A stretch of 47,345 nucleotides of DNA from NCBI GenBank assembly GCA_002269645.1, contig NIVC01004394.1, positions 1-47,345 of the forward strand, written 5' to 3'. Of the stretch, positions 9,460-21,576 are shown in pieces. The stretch is from Macrostomum lignano (taxonomy: Eukaryota). Positions within the stretch are counted from its first letter, which is position 1. Every line of letters begins with the position of its first letter. The position numbers and the translations under genes were made by a program. Below the pieces are notes generated by a model that worked only from the letters and a program-made list of their open reading frames with translations, was not told where the DNA came from and searched no databases.

Positions 9460-11441
9460 TATAAATATGTCTTGGTCCAATTAGGGTTAAAATAAAATTG
9501 AAATTTAGAAAATACTACTATAAAGTCAGGAAAACAAAAGATTTTTTTTCTAGAAACCTAATAAACTTTTCTTGAACTATCAAGCTATTTTTAAATGTAA
9601 CAATATAGAATATTTATTTAGACAAATTGCTCAACAAATAAGTTAGATAAAATGCCATTTATACAAAGCAAAGGTTTATATTAGGCCTAAATTAACAATG
9701 TATTCTAAATCAACATAAAATTAGACATGATAGTGTTATAATCTTATAACTGAAATCTTGGGGTAAAATGTCTAGTCAGATTTATAGGCTAGAAGATAAA
9801 ACATATCAGTCTTGCTAAATAAAAGAGTAGGCCTAGTTTAAGTGAAAAATATTAATATTGCTATTTTTGCTTGTGTCTATTTGTTCTCACTTGTCTGTTT
9901 GCTAAAAATAGTTACAAGTGACTGTAAAGCTGTAAAGTGACTGCAAATTATAGCAAGAGTGCAATAGCATATGCATATTATAACTCTAAAAGGCTATCAA
10001 GCTAGGTAGAAAGCTTTACTAGACAAACTAAATTGTGCATGGTTTGGCACAATCTACAGACTCACTTGGCTGTATCTATTGTCAACATGCATAACTTGCT
10101 ATTAGACAGAATAGTAGTCACGTAACTATTCTCAGCCAGAGCATATAAGCATTATCCTACTATAGAATCTGTCTAAATAATATCTTGTAAATCTTGGATA
10201 ATGGATATTAGGATTTGTATGTTTCTCTAGCTACAAAAATAGTAAGATTTATTATTTCTATATAGAATATCATTATAGATGCTTGGAACTATTGCAAGCA
10301 ACTCTAGCTAGTTATTGTTAGTTAGCCACTTAAAAATGATGGAAAAATAGAAGGTGGCTATGTTTATCTACTTATTGTCTAGCAGAGCTCAGATTTCCAG
10401 TTCATTGAGTGTGCATTGGGATTTGCTCAAGCAAACAGAAGTGGGTAGGCTGAGTAGGGTCACAAAGTGCAAACTGGATATCCCAACTTGCCTGCCTGCA
10501 TATGCTATAGGAACATTGCTTGGAAATCTTACCATTGGAATTTATGTTGTCAATTGGGTTCAAAGAACTCAAAGCAGCATTGAATTATTTGTTGTGATAA
10601 TTGAAAGCAAATTTGCTAAAATTTGATTTGCATGTAATTTAGAAATTCTCTTTAGCAATATCTGATTCTCACTGTCTCTTATCCTTAATTTGATTATATG
10701 CATGGCGAATTGACTAAAATTGTAGTTTAATTGTTATGTTATGAAGTCAATGTGTTGACAAATAAAGAATATATATGGTAGTTATATTATTTATTTTTAT
10801 TATTCCACATTATATTAATTTAATTATATCATAAAATGAATATGTATATGTATGATAATTAGTAAGTCTATTTAGTATATGGATGGGGCTATCATATACC
10901 TTATAAATATATGTTTCTACGCATTAGTGCAATTATATATGTGCTTAGGAGTTAGCCAGATTGATACGAGAACTGCCTTATTTTAAGATGGTGTTGCTAA
11001 CTACATTGTGCCATGTTGCCCATAATCATCCTACTATAGAATCTTTAATAAATACAGAAAATGGTGCAATAAAACAAAGAAAAATATGCAATAGTCAAAG
11101 TTATAGCCTAAAAACTAGCATAGTAAAACCATTTTTTGTCAATTAAAAAGTGAGTTTTTAAACAAGCAGCTTAGTGCCATTTTAACTAATCTTTTAAAAT
11201 GAATGTAGCTTGTGGAAGTTATTCCATAAATTTACCTATGTCTTTCTAATCTATTCATTTGAATAACTCAAAGTGCAGAGTTTTTGCTCTGGTATATTTA
11301 AACAATTTTTAGCAATAGAATCTCTTCTTCTCAGTAGCTCATGCTAGATTTTGGCAACTGATTGGCAAGCTGATTGGCAGTGTCAATTGGGCTAAACGTA
11401 CACAATAAACAGATTATCATAAATCATAATTGACTGCAGAT

Positions 11442-14400
11442 ATGTCCGCTTCGTTACCTGACCAAGCCACACCAGCTGTTAGTGGCGGAGTCAGCAGCGA
11501 CGGAGGCGGAGGGACTTGTGGCAGCATATTCGACACTCTGGTTGACGATTTGCAGTCGGAAGTCACTAGCGATGGAAAGTCTAGAATTTCTCAGGTACAT
11601 CGATTGTGATCTGTCAATAATATATATTATGTTTTGTTCTATAAATTTGTTCGCTTTTGCAAGCTCGAAACCTCACAAGCTCAAAACCCCAATCTCGAAC
11701 CTCATCAAGCTCAAAACCTCAATCTCGAACCTCACAAGCTCAAAACCTCAATCTCGAACCTCACAAGCTCGAAACCTCATCAATCTGGAACCTCATAAGC
11801 TCAAAACCTCAATCTCGAACCTCACAAGCTCGAAACCCCATCAATCTGGAACCTCATAAGCTCAAAACCTCAATCTCGAACCTCACAAGCTCAAAAATTC
11901 AATCTCGAACCTCACAAGCTCAAAACCTCAATCTCGAACCTCACAAGCTCAAAAATTCAATCTCGAACCTCACAAGCTCAAAACCTCAATCTTGAACCTC
12001 ATAAGCTCAAAAACTCAATCTGGAACCTCACAAGCTCAAAAACTCAATCTGGAACCTCACAAGCTCAAAACCTCAATCTGGAACCTCATAAGCTCAAAAA
12101 CTCAATCTGGAACCTCATAAGCTCAAAACCTCAATCTCGAACCTCACAAGCTCAAAAATTCAATCTCGAACCTCACAAGCTCAAAACCTCAATCTCGAAC
12201 CTCACAAGCTCAAAAATTCAATCTCGAACCTCATCAAGCTCGAAACCTCAATCTCGAACCTCACAAGCTCAAAAATTCAATCTCGAACCTCACAAGCTCA
12301 AAACCTCAATCTCGAACCTCACAAGCTCAAAACCTCAATCTGGAACCTCATAAGCTCAAAAACTCAATCTGGAACCTCACAAGCTCAAAACCTCAATCTG
12401 GAACCTCATAAGCTCAAAAACTCAATCTGGAACCTCACAAGCTCAAAAACTCAATCTCGAACCTCACAAGCTCAAAACCTCAATCTCGAACCTCACAAGC
12501 TCAAAAATTCAATCTCGAACCTCACAAGCTCAAAACCTCAATCTCGAACCTCACAAGCTCAAAAACTCAATCTCGAACCTCACAAGCTCAAAACCTCGTC
12601 GCAAGCTCTAAACCTCAAGCTCTAAACCTTACAAGCTCATAACTTTAGGCCCTAAACCTCACAAGGTCGAAATTTCTCATTGTCGAAAAAATGGTTTTAG
12701 ATGTGAACTGGCGTTAGCGCCATGCTATTGGACAATTGTGCAATTTCGTCTGGATCCCTGTTGAGATTAAATCTGTTTAATTGCATTATTAATCAATTCG
12801 TCCCCAGGTTCAGGCAATAGTTGAGCGCATGAGCGATCTGGAGCGACTGCTGCTGTACCTGCAACTGCCGAATGGCTTTGCAGCAAATAACGCCGATGCC
12901 GCGGCTGTGCAAGTCAGCGGAGGCGCCCTGCAGCTTAGCAACCAGCTGGAGCAGTCGCAGGCTTTCACGTGGATTCAGTCGCATCTAGAAGAGGATGCTA
13001 GTATATGCTTGCGCAAAGATGAGGTTTATAGTGACTATCGGTGAGTTTCTCAATCATTTGGTCACTTGTTAGCATTCGTGATGCTCGCTCTAAAGTGCGT
13101 TTTCACTGCTGACAAAATGCTCTCCTATGAACTGATAACAGGTGCTACTGCGACAGCCACGGTCAGAAAGCTCTGAACACTGCCGACTTTGGCAAAGTAA
13201 TGAAGCGCGCTTTCCCCAATGTCAAACCGCGCCGCTTAGGCCAGCGTGGTCAATCGAAATATTGCTACGGAGGTCTGCGCAAGAAAACTGACCTGCCGCA
13301 TCCGATTATGCCGGATTTGACACTGGCTGAACTGGACTGTGCCAATGCGAATGCTGCCTCTAATACTGGTAAGCTTATAGCATTCAGTCCTGACTGCTCT
13401 GTCTGGCTGTCTAAGAGAGGACAGTGAATGCATACCTGACTGCTGGTTTGGAGCTTGATGTTTGTGAAATTAAATATTGTGATATTGAATATGGTGATTT
13501 TAGTTCTTAGTCTATGGTGAATTTGAACTCTGCTGGGGTTATAGCCTAGTAGTTAGAGCGTCGGGCCATGGACTTCTATACTTAGCATTCTATAGATGCT
13601 AAGTATAGAAGTCCATGGTCGGGCTCACGACTGAAAGGTCGGGGGTTCGAGTCTCCACCCACTCGGAACAATTTGTGTCCCCGAGTGTGACACTTCAGTT
13701 CATCCAGCTGTAAAATGGGTGCCAGCTTTAGCTGGGGTAATTAACGGTGTATGTGGCTACCCCCCTCCCTAGTCCTTGGACTTGACAACCGTACGCAGCC
13801 TTCAGATGCAATAGGCAAAAAGTATACGAGTAGTTTGCTACTTGCTAATTTGCGGTTCTGAAGCCTTAGAAAGAATAATCGTCGCAGTTGTCTGTGGTCC
13901 AGGTTGGGACTGTACTCAATGAAAAAAATCCCTAGGGTAATTCTCTAGGATGGGGCTTTATTATGTTGGGAATCGAACGCAGGGACTTTGACGATAAGCT
14001 AGATCTACGGCTATTATTTAACTTTGCTTGCTTAATACTTTTTATGATGCAGGCAATCTCAGCAGCTCCGGTGCGATTAGCGGCAGTGGAGGAGGCGGCA
14101 GTGGCTCAAGCGAAGACTCAATCTACAGCGAAATCATACTGGAATGGGCGCAGAAAATCATGGGCTGCCAGTTTTACAATTTGCGCCAATTGGCTGAACA
14201 CCTGGTCACGAATATGTACGTGAACTCGCGCTCTCCTGCTGCAATGACTCTGTTCTCTAGTCTGCAGTCCCGCAGTCAGCAGCGCTTGTCTGTTTCGCAT
14301 CTGATTGGGCTGAGAGCTGCCGCGGCTGCTGCCGCTGCGGCCGCTGCTGCCACCTCTAACGACAGCGTCAAGGTTGAGGGAACTGGAACTTCGATGGCAT

Positions 14401-16475
14401 CAACGTCCACAACTGCAACAGCTGCTGGACGAGCCAGTGTTGGCCACTCAATGTCGCTGGCCGGAACCTGCTGGAGTCCGGACAGCTTGAATTCGTCTGG
14501 CGGTGGCCCTCTGGACAGTAGCGGCATTGGCTTTGCTGCCAGTCCAGCTTCAGTAGCTTCATCATCTGCCGCCTCTGGAGTGCCGCCATCTAGGCCGCAT
14601 CTGATGCCGCTGCCTCATCAGATTACTAAGAAGAATTTTCGCAGTCCTCTACCGCAGCATCAGCAGCAGCAGGCTCAGCCTCCACCTCCGCCTATGCTGT
14701 ACCATCATCCACAGCAGCAGCAGCATCACCGTTCGAGTCATCATCATTCAGCTGTTGGTTCTTCATCTTCTGCGACATCGGCTGCTCCAGTTTCCAATAT
14801 CGTGCCGTCTCCGTCATCAACAACTACGGCATCTAAAAAGTCCAGCACCTCGTTGAACCCCAGCCCGGGCAAGAAGGTCTGCTCCGAGCGCCGATTTCAA
14901 CCACTGGGTGTTCCATTGAATGCCCAGTTATTGGAACAGGTCAGTTATTTATTCATATTTTACTTTGTTTATTTTTGACAAAGATTTCTGATGTCTCTTC
15001 AGTTCATCTGCCTGCCCGAAATCTTTCCGCTTACACAGATTTCTCTCTGTCTAGTTGTTTTCAGTTTACACACGAAAGATCACAGACAACGAGAATTACT
15101 GAAACCGAAACTACTGTGGGCCGTGTGCTTTAGTTATTTTATGTTAATGCAAATCATGCAATTAAATGACCGCGTTTTTAAGCCGCTTGAGCTGAAGGGG
15201 GGCCGCACTAGATTGATAGTGAACCACCTAAAAGGCATGAGCCCCAGAAATTGGCACCCTCCCGTTGAAAATGCAACCGTGAAAATTATCGCTAAGAGTC
15301 ATTGCAAACAACTCTGGGCGCGATTCTTGTGACTCTTTAAATACTCAAACGACTGTAATGCGATACTGTTAAATCACAAGCGCATCACGTGAGCTGCAGA
15401 ATCGTAAAAGTCGCGAAAGGGTCGTCCAAGAGTCGTTGTGTTAGCGCTTAACTTTGTACAAGCTCAGTGACGCAACTCAGTGATTCTACAGCGAATCAGT
15501 TACGACTCTACGGCCCCAGAGTTAAATTTTACCTGTGCTACATGCAACGACTCCGGGACGACAAGTTACTACTCTAGACTCGAAGGCTTCTTGGCCTAGT
15601 TATCGTTTTCATCGGGCCTGCCTGCCAATGTGACCCACTTGGAATTTTGGAACCCTGGGCCTAGGAGATGTGTTCAGCGCTTGGGTGACTGACTCTCATC
15701 TGGATCACGAGGGTGTAATCAAGTTTCAAGTGTTGGCACACAGTTTAGATTCGTTTTCTGCTCCGCTTGCTGGGTAGTTTTGCACCTGCGCTTCGATGTG
15801 ACCGCGGGATTAACGGAGTCGTGCAAATAATAAAGGGCATCGCAGTTGGGACACCCAGCCCCACAAGGGCACTCCACGGATTTATACCATTTATTCTGGT
15901 GGCCCCAGCTTGTCTCCTGGCGTACCCAATCTACACTTAACGGCAACGTGCCATGTCATTTGTTTAATTTTTTCGTGAAAACCCAAATTTCTCAGGAGGT
16001 GAGCTCAACAGATCAGCATTGCATTCCGCTGATGTCGCCAATGTCTTCGCATCGCGGAGGCTGCAGTCCAGCACCGCATTGGGGCCCTCCTGCGGCCGTT
16101 TCGCCCCATCCGTCCGGGCCGCCGCCTCCGCCCCAGTCGCAGCAGCAGCAGCAAAGCCAGCAATCGGCCTCTCAGTCTTATGGCATGGGAACAGCCGAGC
16201 CAATCTCGCTACCGCCCGCTTTCGATCGCCGATCTCCTAGTCCGCAGTTTCCGCCCGTATCGCCTGAGCAATACCTGCCGGCTCTGCCCAGGATCGGCAC
16301 CAGTCCCCTGCCTAGCAGCCTGGCCCGTCCGCTGCCCAACCGCCGGTCCCCAATGCCAGCTGCTGCCGCCTCTGGAGGCTCTGCCGGAGTTGACGATAGT
16401 CCAGCTGGACGGTCCACTGTGTCTTCGTCTTCTTCACCGCAGCAGCAGGGACAGCAGTTGCTGCTTCTTCGGTGA
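11442..16475 (+). CDS. RFX7: RFX5/RFX7-like winged-helix transcription factor; exons 11442-11594, 12808-13040, 13142-13368, 14053-14939, 15996-16475 (659 aa; terminal exons less certain)
   Basis: SDLERLLLYLQLP (RFX5/7 N-terminal motif); DNA-binding domain AFTWIQSHLEE..CLRKDEVYSDYRCYCD..ALNTADFGKVMKRAFPNVKPRRLGQRGQSKYCYGGLRKK; EWAQKIMG..LAEHLV..YVNSRS motif as in RFX7. All introns GT-AG with phases 0, 2, 1, 0 and total length divisible by 3. Confidence 0.85.
11660..12660. repeat. ~29-30 bp minisatellite (AAGCTCAAAACCTCAATCTCGAACCTCAC), ~33 copies, in RFX intron 1
   Basis: Directly visible tandem units with recurring variants; the ORFs here are repeat artefacts. Confidence 0.95.
13535..13847 (+). 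mobile_element. tRNA-derived SINE in RFX intron 3, interrupted by a palindromic insert
   Basis: A-box-like TAGCCTAGTAGTTAGAGC, B-box-like GGGTTCGAGTC, CORE-like segment TCAGTTCATCCAGCTGTAAAATGGG and a short TTGCTA tail. Confidence 0.7.
13566..13618. mobile_element. 53-bp palindromic mini-insertion with 5-bp TSD TCGGG
   Basis: CCATGGACTTCTATACTTAGCAT-tctatag-ATGCTAAGTATAGAAGTCCATGG: perfect 23-bp arms, with TCGGG at 13561-13565 and 13619-13623. Confidence 0.85.
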
Positions 16476-16612
16476 TTGCCTGGGGTTTCTTTTCTGTGCT
16501 CCTGGTTTGTTTGGCGTAATTTGCTTTTTTAAATAGTGACAGCCATAATATGCCTGTACATTTATAAAGAAATATTGTGTAGCCATTTCTTATGCAACCT
16601 GATCTATTTGAT

Positions 16613-17143
16613 AGGTCTCTTTGATCTGCCTTTGACAGGTCTCTTTGATCTGCCTTTGACAGGTCTCTTTGATCTGCCTTTGACAGGTCTCTTTGATCTG
16701 TATTTGACAGGTCTCTTTGATCTGCCTTTGACAGGTCTCTTTGATCTGCCTTTGACAGGTCTCTTTGATCTGCCTTTGACAGGTCTCTTTGATCTGCCTT
16801 TGACAGGTCTCTTTGATCTGCCTTTGACAGGTCTCTTTGATCTGCCTTTGACAGGTCTCTTTGATCTGCCTTTGACAGGTCTCTTTGATCTGCCTTTGAC
16901 AGGTCTCTTTGATCTGCCTTTGACAGGTCTCTTTGATCTGCCTTTGACAGGTCTCTTTGATCTGCCTTTGACAGGTCTCTTTGATCTGCCTTTGACAGGT
17001 CTCTTTGATCTGCCTTTGACAGGTCTCTTTGATCTGCCTTTGACAGGTCTCTTTGATCTGCCTTTGACAGGTCTCTTTGATCTGCCTTTGACAGGTCTCT
17101 TTGATCTGCCTTTCACAGGTCTCTTTGATCTGCCTTTGACAGG
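16613..17143. repeat. 24-bp minisatellite (AGGTCTCTTTGATCTGCCTTTGAC), ~22 near-identical copies
   Basis: Directly visible; only two variant units. It produces the artefactual LFDLPLTG ORFs. Confidence 0.97.
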
Positions 17144-20100
17144 TGGAATCACCTTTGGTTCGAAGAGCCAAATTGGTAACAAGGCTGGTGGTTTTCACAG
17201 TTTGATAAGAAAGCCAGTATTGGCTATCAGGATCCTCTTGACTTGCAGCTCAATTTTCACTGTTTTTGTTGGCCAACTCAAGTATTAATCACCTAAATTA
17301 TTTATATTATTTTTGTAATGCTTATCGCGTGTATAGTCAGCTACCTGTATCCATAATTTTCTCTACTAAACTCTACCGCATTTGCGTTCTGGCATATCCA
17401 TTAAACTGTTCCTGTTGTTCGACATGTCTTGTTTAGTAGCGTTTCTATAACTCTTAAATAAACTCAAAATTCATTCTTTTCTACTTGAAATGCAATCATA
17501 GGTCTCTTATTTAAAACCTGTATTTTGTATTTTATTCGGGTCGAAATTTATGCTAGTATTTTCATTTACTCACTTTTAGTATCAGCAAAAAGCATTTACC
17601 TTGCTAGTATTCCCTATTAATATTTGTTAGTCTGCTGTTGCTTGCATATCATGTCAACTTTCTAGTCTTGCGTTTAAAATTTAATAATCAGCGGCGTGAA
17701 AGTTTAAATAAAATAAATGTAATTTACTCTACGCTCTACTGTAGTAATATGATGATGCTCTGAGCGCAGTCTGTCATTGACCCAGTGTCTTGACCCAAAT
17801 TATTGGCATTTTGCGTTCACTTGTGTCTTTTCGTATGACACCAGTTGTGAGCAGCAATTTTCTTACTGTTTTCTGTGTATATCTTTTAATCTGCTCTGTA
17901 AGTTATTTTTCGGCGTATTTGTTTGACTGTCTACTCTCGGCAGACTTCCGTTAATTAATGTTCTAATATAACCTGCATATATTTAATTATACAAGACTTG
18001 CTACCCATAATAGCCGTTTTCGGCCCCTAATCAGTTGTCCAATTTTTTGTTTCAATTTTTGTATTGTATTTCTGATAGTGAATTTCTTTAATCAGGGAGG
18101 TCACAAACTCGTATCTGATATGGCACCCTGGCGTTAGGCTACAGTGGTGATTTATTCGAGAAAATTACTAACTGCGATTATTATAGACCACGTATTTTCA
18201 TCCAAGGTGTTGAAGAATGATTTTACTAAAAACGGGATTGTCTTCGAAAAGTAATTTCGAAAATTATAGTTTCGTTTCTCGTTTGCATTCTTACTTGCTA
18301 TCAGACATACGTATGTTACATATACACATACTATGGTTGTGGTTCAGCATCAACTATTCGAGATATAAGCTGCATGTACATGTATTGTCTCGCACTATAA
18401 AAGATTCCTAGGTTTACATGTAGGAACTAAAAAGAACGTGCTTTCTACTCTTCGTGTAATCTTGTAAAATATGTATTATGGCTTAATCAAGTCGAATCAA
18501 ATACCCAATCGATGGTATCATTTTTCGTAAAACAAGATCTACTGGACTGCAGTCAGAAACTAGGTTTTTACCATTCCGTAATGTAAGCCTTCAATAGAAA
18601 AAACCACATCGGAATAAAATTCAATTTGTAGCGATTTGTAGCGTAACTAGGACTTTTGGAACAGGTGAGAGCAAACTACTTTTGAGAATATGAGGCTTAA
18701 AATTTCGAGGGAAAAAAACAGGTTTCGATCTTTGTTAAATTTAATGCCTAACAAATTAAAATGCTTCCAAAAAGGGGAAGATACACTACAGTTACTCAAT
18801 AATACGAGCTCTATGGCTTGCATTTCGTTTTTGCTTGAATTCTTATGTCTACGGAATGTATAAAAAGCAGAATAATACATTATTATTTTTTTGAAGTTCT
18901 TTATACTACCTTTCAAAAGACAAGTATCTTTTCTGACGCGAATTTTTGTTAAAACAATTAAACTTTCAAATTGTTTTGTCTGTGATTCTCATGATCTTTT
19001 CATCAATTTCACGATCTGCATTTTTTTATGGGCTCGGACTGGCATTTTTGCTTTGCTGTATATCTGTAAAGTTAAATAATTGCTTTTTTTATCTTGTTGC
19101 TTGTTTATTTTGATTGAACGCAATTCTTAAATTCATTTTCAATGTTACCTAATAACCGAGGCTACTACCTTAAGTGAGCTAGGCCCCCCCTACTGAGCTT
19201 ATGACATGCCATGGCCATGCTGATGCTATGCCTGGCCACTGCCCACTGGCCTTTGGCTTTGCCCAGAAATCTTTATTTATAGTATGTGAATTCTATCTTT
19301 CAAATTTAGGTCTGACTTGGGCATAGGCTGAGTGGAAGCGTATATAAAATCTTTAGGCCCTAGTTTAAAAAGTTTGTGGCTAGTAGGCCTACTATTGGTA
19401 TTGGTCTGCTTAGTTGGTTAGAAAAAATTTGACCTAGGCCTATCAGTGGACAGTATCACTATTGAGTGCAGATCTAGAACATTTTGGCATATCTATGGTT
19501 TTGTTTTTATATTATTTTATTTTAAAAAGCTACAAGTTAGAGATTATGATAAACCGTACTCAGAGAAGTTCAAATTAGAGTTCAAAGTCATGAGAAAGAT
19601 AATTAGAGGGGATAACACTAGAATGTGACACCCAGTAGAGAAAGTTACCAAACATATTCCGTGGATATAGATGGCACCATAGAAATTCCTGCAAATGAGT
19701 TTTGAATAGACCATCACTTGTCCCTTAAATGTTGCGAAACTTCGCCTTGCAATGCGCCCATGAAGTCTAGTTGGCATAGCTCTGCAGGCGGATGCTAATT
19801 GCCAGAATGATTGTTATAGGAGCCGGTGGTTGTCCAGCCATTTCTTCGTGCGCTGGAACAAATTTGAAACAAGAAATAATATAACGAATGAAACCATAGT
19901 TATGCCAACATTTTAAATAAGGGTACAAATTACTAAGATATCTTTGCATTTGATTATTTATCTATATAAAAATAATATACTAGAAAGCAAACTCAAAGGG
20001 GTATATATGCATGCCTTTTCTGCCCCCCCCCCCTAAATCTACTAGGCCTACTAAAGATCTAGTTTCTATAGCCATAGGCCTAATAAAAAAGGTAAAACAA

Positions 20101-21079
20101 TTTAAAGAAATAGGTAAATAATTAAATAGTGAAAGTATGCATTAAGGTAAATAGTTAAAAGATGATATGACTCATGAGTGCAAACAAAAATAAAAAAATC
20201 AATTGAATACAATAATTATATTTAAAAGAATTTAGATACCAAAAATATAAAAATATTATTTTTGTTTGATTGTAATTTATTTTAAAGAGTAATAAATAGA
20301 TAAGCTAAAACACTTTTTGTTATAATATATACATGCAAATATCAAATGTAATAATGGTATAATCCAATATTTTAGGTCAAAAGAAATTTTAAGCATATAT
20401 TATATTTTTTTTAAAATTCCAAAAAATTTAACTTCAGTATATACTTCTTAATTTCTTCTAATTTTAATATTATATCTAGGGGCTTAAGGCATGTTAACTT
20501 TTCCTATGGGAATAAGTTTTAGAAACCCATTGGCATGCAACAACAATGAAAAAATATAGCTTAAATGCATGACACATAAGACAAAAGTATGAAAAAAGCA
20601 CAATTTGACACAAAAAATTACAAGCATGGTAGAAAAGGACAGATAACAACCAATATAAAACCCCCAGAAAATGGTGTAAACATTGTAAAACTCTATACTC
20701 AAAGTCTTTAAGGACAACTACATAACTCCTATGGTGTTACATATATGCCATGCTTCTAGTGCTGCCACCCATTGACTGCAATGCACTATGACTGTGACAT
20801 GCAATATTGACCTCCACTGCAACGCAACACTAGCTACCTTTCTTGAATCTGCAATGTAACACTAGAAAATGTTGAAAATGCATATCTCATATCAGATGTA
20901 TAATTTATAGTAGTAAGGTAATAATTTGTCTTTTGTATTATAGACCTATTTCTCTTTTATTATGTTGACAAAATCTATAGCTAGGGATATCTCTTACCAT
21001 TTCTTATTTCTATTCCCACCATCTATTCCAACAGCCTCTAGCTTTTTGTTGAGCTCTGAAATTTTTTTAGGTTTACCTT

Positions 21080-21377
21080 CATACATGCGCAACAGTCGGC
21101 CAAGTCGGCCGATCTGGCCGACCGATTTGGCGGCCAACCAAGAAAGTCGCAAAAATGCCCACCCAAAAAAACACCCAAGTAATAGTACTAAGTAGCTGAC
21201 GAGGCATTTTAGCTTACTAAGACAGTCATAGTTACTCCTGCCGTTTACCCAAAGTTGCGTTAATTTTGCTTTAGGGTTTTTTTACATGTAAGTCGCATTT
21301 TTGGCCAAAAACTACGTCGCATTTTTGTTAAAACTAAGTCGCACGGCCGACCGAATTTTGGAGGTTGCGCATGTATG
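21080..21377. mobile_element. hAT-like MITE, 14-bp TIR CATACATGCGCAAC, 8-bp TSD TTTACCTT, ~200 bp upstream of RPS3A ATG
   Basis: Perfect TIR at 21080-21093 and 21364-21377. Perfect TSD at 21072-21079 and 21378-21385. GGCCGA subterminal motifs. Confidence 0.9.
21191..21250 (-). pseudogene. ~60-bp LSU (28S) rRNA-derived fragment (helix 69 region) inside the MITE
   Basis: Reverse complement GGGTAAACGGCAGGAGTAACTATGACTGTCTTAGTAAGCTAAAATGCCTCGTCAGCT versus recalled conserved eukaryotic 28S GGGTAAACGGCGGGAGTAACTATGACTCTCTTAAGGTAGCCAAATGCCTCGTCATCT; 31 of the first 33 nt identical. Confidence 0.8.
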
Positions 21378-21576
21378 TTTACCTTATTTAGAAGAATAAA
21401 GTGTCACAATTCTCTTTTTTATTAATTTCATTGAACTTTAAATTTAGATTTTCTGCATTACCATATATCTAAAACTAATTTATTGTATAGCTTTTCTAAT
21501 TTCAATTTATCTCAAAATCTACCTAATTAAATAACTGTTCAACAACGCATCTGTTTCAGAGAGCTGAAATTTCAAC

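Noticed and set aside
11482-11995. ORFs in the 29-bp array, and the repeat ORFs at 16536-17288, 29302-31044, 35387-35856, 37406-38013, 44379-45163 and 45427-46060
   Set aside because: They are translations of tandem repeats, several inside introns of well-supported genes.
13535-13665. Functional tRNA gene
   Set aside because: The anticodon arm and acceptor stem do not fold canonically and the sequence continues into SINE body and tail.
15719-15946. ECPCGAGCPNC Cys cluster resembling a Zn-binding motif
   Set aside because: Short isolated ORF antisense in an RFX intron, with no splice or homology support.
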